Source: Clostridia bacterium | GTDB taxonomy: Bacteria > Bacillota > Clostridia > Oscillospirales > Acutalibacteraceae | Assembly: GCA_017466205.1 (NCBI GenBank) | Contig: JAFTUP010000199.1 | Coordinates: forward strand, 1-53,972 | Direction of reading: 5' to 3' | Length of the DNA: 53,972 bases | Shown: in pieces, positions 53,180-53,972 of the stretch | Position numbering within the stretch: the stretch's first letter is position 1 | Layout: each line of letters starts with the position of its first letter | Made by a program: the position numbers and the translations under genes | Notes under the pieces: generated by a model | Seen by the model: only the letters and a program-made list of their open reading frames with translations | Databases searched by the model: none | Told to the model about the DNA's origin: nothing

Positions 53180-53972
53180 TTATTTTCCAACACAAAACTG
53201 TGCAAAAATTTCGTTTACAACTAATTCAGTTGCCTTTTCACCGGTTAAAACCATTAAATTTTCAATAGCTGAATCAAGGCAAACTGTAACTGCATCCATT
53301 GTCATACCAAGCATTAACGCATTGTCGGCATCCTTTAAGGCTTCAAGCGCCTTTTTACAACACTCGCATTGACGGTCATTGACAATTGCAGCAGCCGATG
53401 TATCAAAATCTGCTGTTCCCAGAAGTTCCTCAATTGCATTGACAAGCTCCTCTTTGCCTTCGCCTGTTTTTGCTGAGATAAAAATTAACTTAGCAAAATT
53501 TTTGCTCAATTCTTTGCTTAGATTATTTTTATCTAAGTCAATTTTATTAACAATACCTATTACCTTTTTGTCTTTACAAAGTTCAATTAATTTACGGTCA
53601 GCTTCATTTAATTCACGACTGCCGTCAAAAACCGCAAGAACAAGCTCAGCGTTCTGTAATCTTTTTACTGCTCGGTCAACACCAATACTTTCGACAACAT
53701 CTTCTGTCTCTCGTACACCTGCTGTATCGGCAAGACGAAGAGTAATTCCGCCAACATTAACAGTATCCTCAACAACATCCCTTGTTGTACCTGCAATTTC
53801 AGTAACAATTGATTTTTCAGTACCTGAAAGCAAATTCATAAGTGTTGATTTACCCACATTCGGACATCCCACAATGGCAGTATCAACACCTTCCATTATA
53901 ATTTGCCCTTTTGTGAAGTCATTTATGAGCTTTTGAAGATTAAAAATACTCTCGTCAATATGTTCTTTCAAA
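53180..53972 (-). CDS. mnmE: tRNA modification GTPase MnmE, C-terminal part (gene continues beyond the right edge)
   Basis: G domain GCPNVGKSTLMN, DTAG and NKID is followed by the C-terminal helical part ending FCVGK, the characteristic MnmE C-terminus. Confidence 0.9.
   Translation of the reverse strand, partial: LKEHIDESIFNLQKLINDFTKGQIIMEGVDTAIVGCPNVGKSTLMNLLSGTEKSIVTEIAGTTRDVVEDTVNVGGITLRLADTAGVRETEDVVESIGVDRAVKRLQNAELVLAVFDGSRELNEADRKLIELCKDKKVIGIVNKIDLDKNNLSKELSKNFAKLIFISAKTGEGKEELVNAIEELLGTADFDTSAAAIVNDRQCECCKKALEALKDADNALMLGMTMDAVTVCLDSAIENLMVLTGEKATELVVNEIFAQFCVGK

Overview
This window looks like a low-GC Firmicutes/Clostridia chromosome; the taxon is a guess from gene content and sequence style.

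- **514-24731 (all minus strand):** one long surface-glycan locus (EPS/CPS/teichoic-like). It holds two tandem fused Wzz/BY-kinase genes, an MsbA-like ABC exporter, six GT2/GT4 glycosyltransferases, an EpsG-type polymerase and an acyltransferase-3. It also holds a Stealth hexose-1-phosphate transferase, a Wzm/Wzt ABC-2 exporter pair, a pyruvyl-transferase::FrhB-like fusion, a GT32, a metallophosphoesterase, an NTP_transf_5 nucleotidyltransferase and a PlsC-like acyltransferase. An XRE regulator with a perfect 20-bp palindrome sits at the left end.
- **24.9-33.3 kb (the most unusual part):** a promoter-to-terminator minus-strand operon. Its order is HPr-kinase-like P-loop protein, radical SAM/SPASM enzyme, 1838-aa secreted VWA multidomain protein, then a 76-aa Cys-containing acidic peptide. 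A stand-alone PqqD/RRE protein is transcribed divergently. The block is bounded by a four-helix-bundle gene remnant and tRNA-Arg(CCU).
- **33.8-54 kb:** lipoproteins, a GH13 enzyme, an LCAT-like lipase, an M28 peptidase, a VanY-like peptidase, rpe and a MecA-like adaptor. Next comes an RnfD/E/A-like trio that has lost its cofactor-ligand residues and is translationally coupled to a DUF4015-like membrane protein. The remainder is efp, a CD1247-like zinc-ribbon protein, membrane proteins, an AlkD-like protein, Mrp/NBP35 and the 3' part of mnmE.
- **Intergenic regions:** almost every long gap carries GC-rich palindromic hairpin repeats that share modules between loci.

I saw no CRISPR array, rRNA, transposase or integrase gene.
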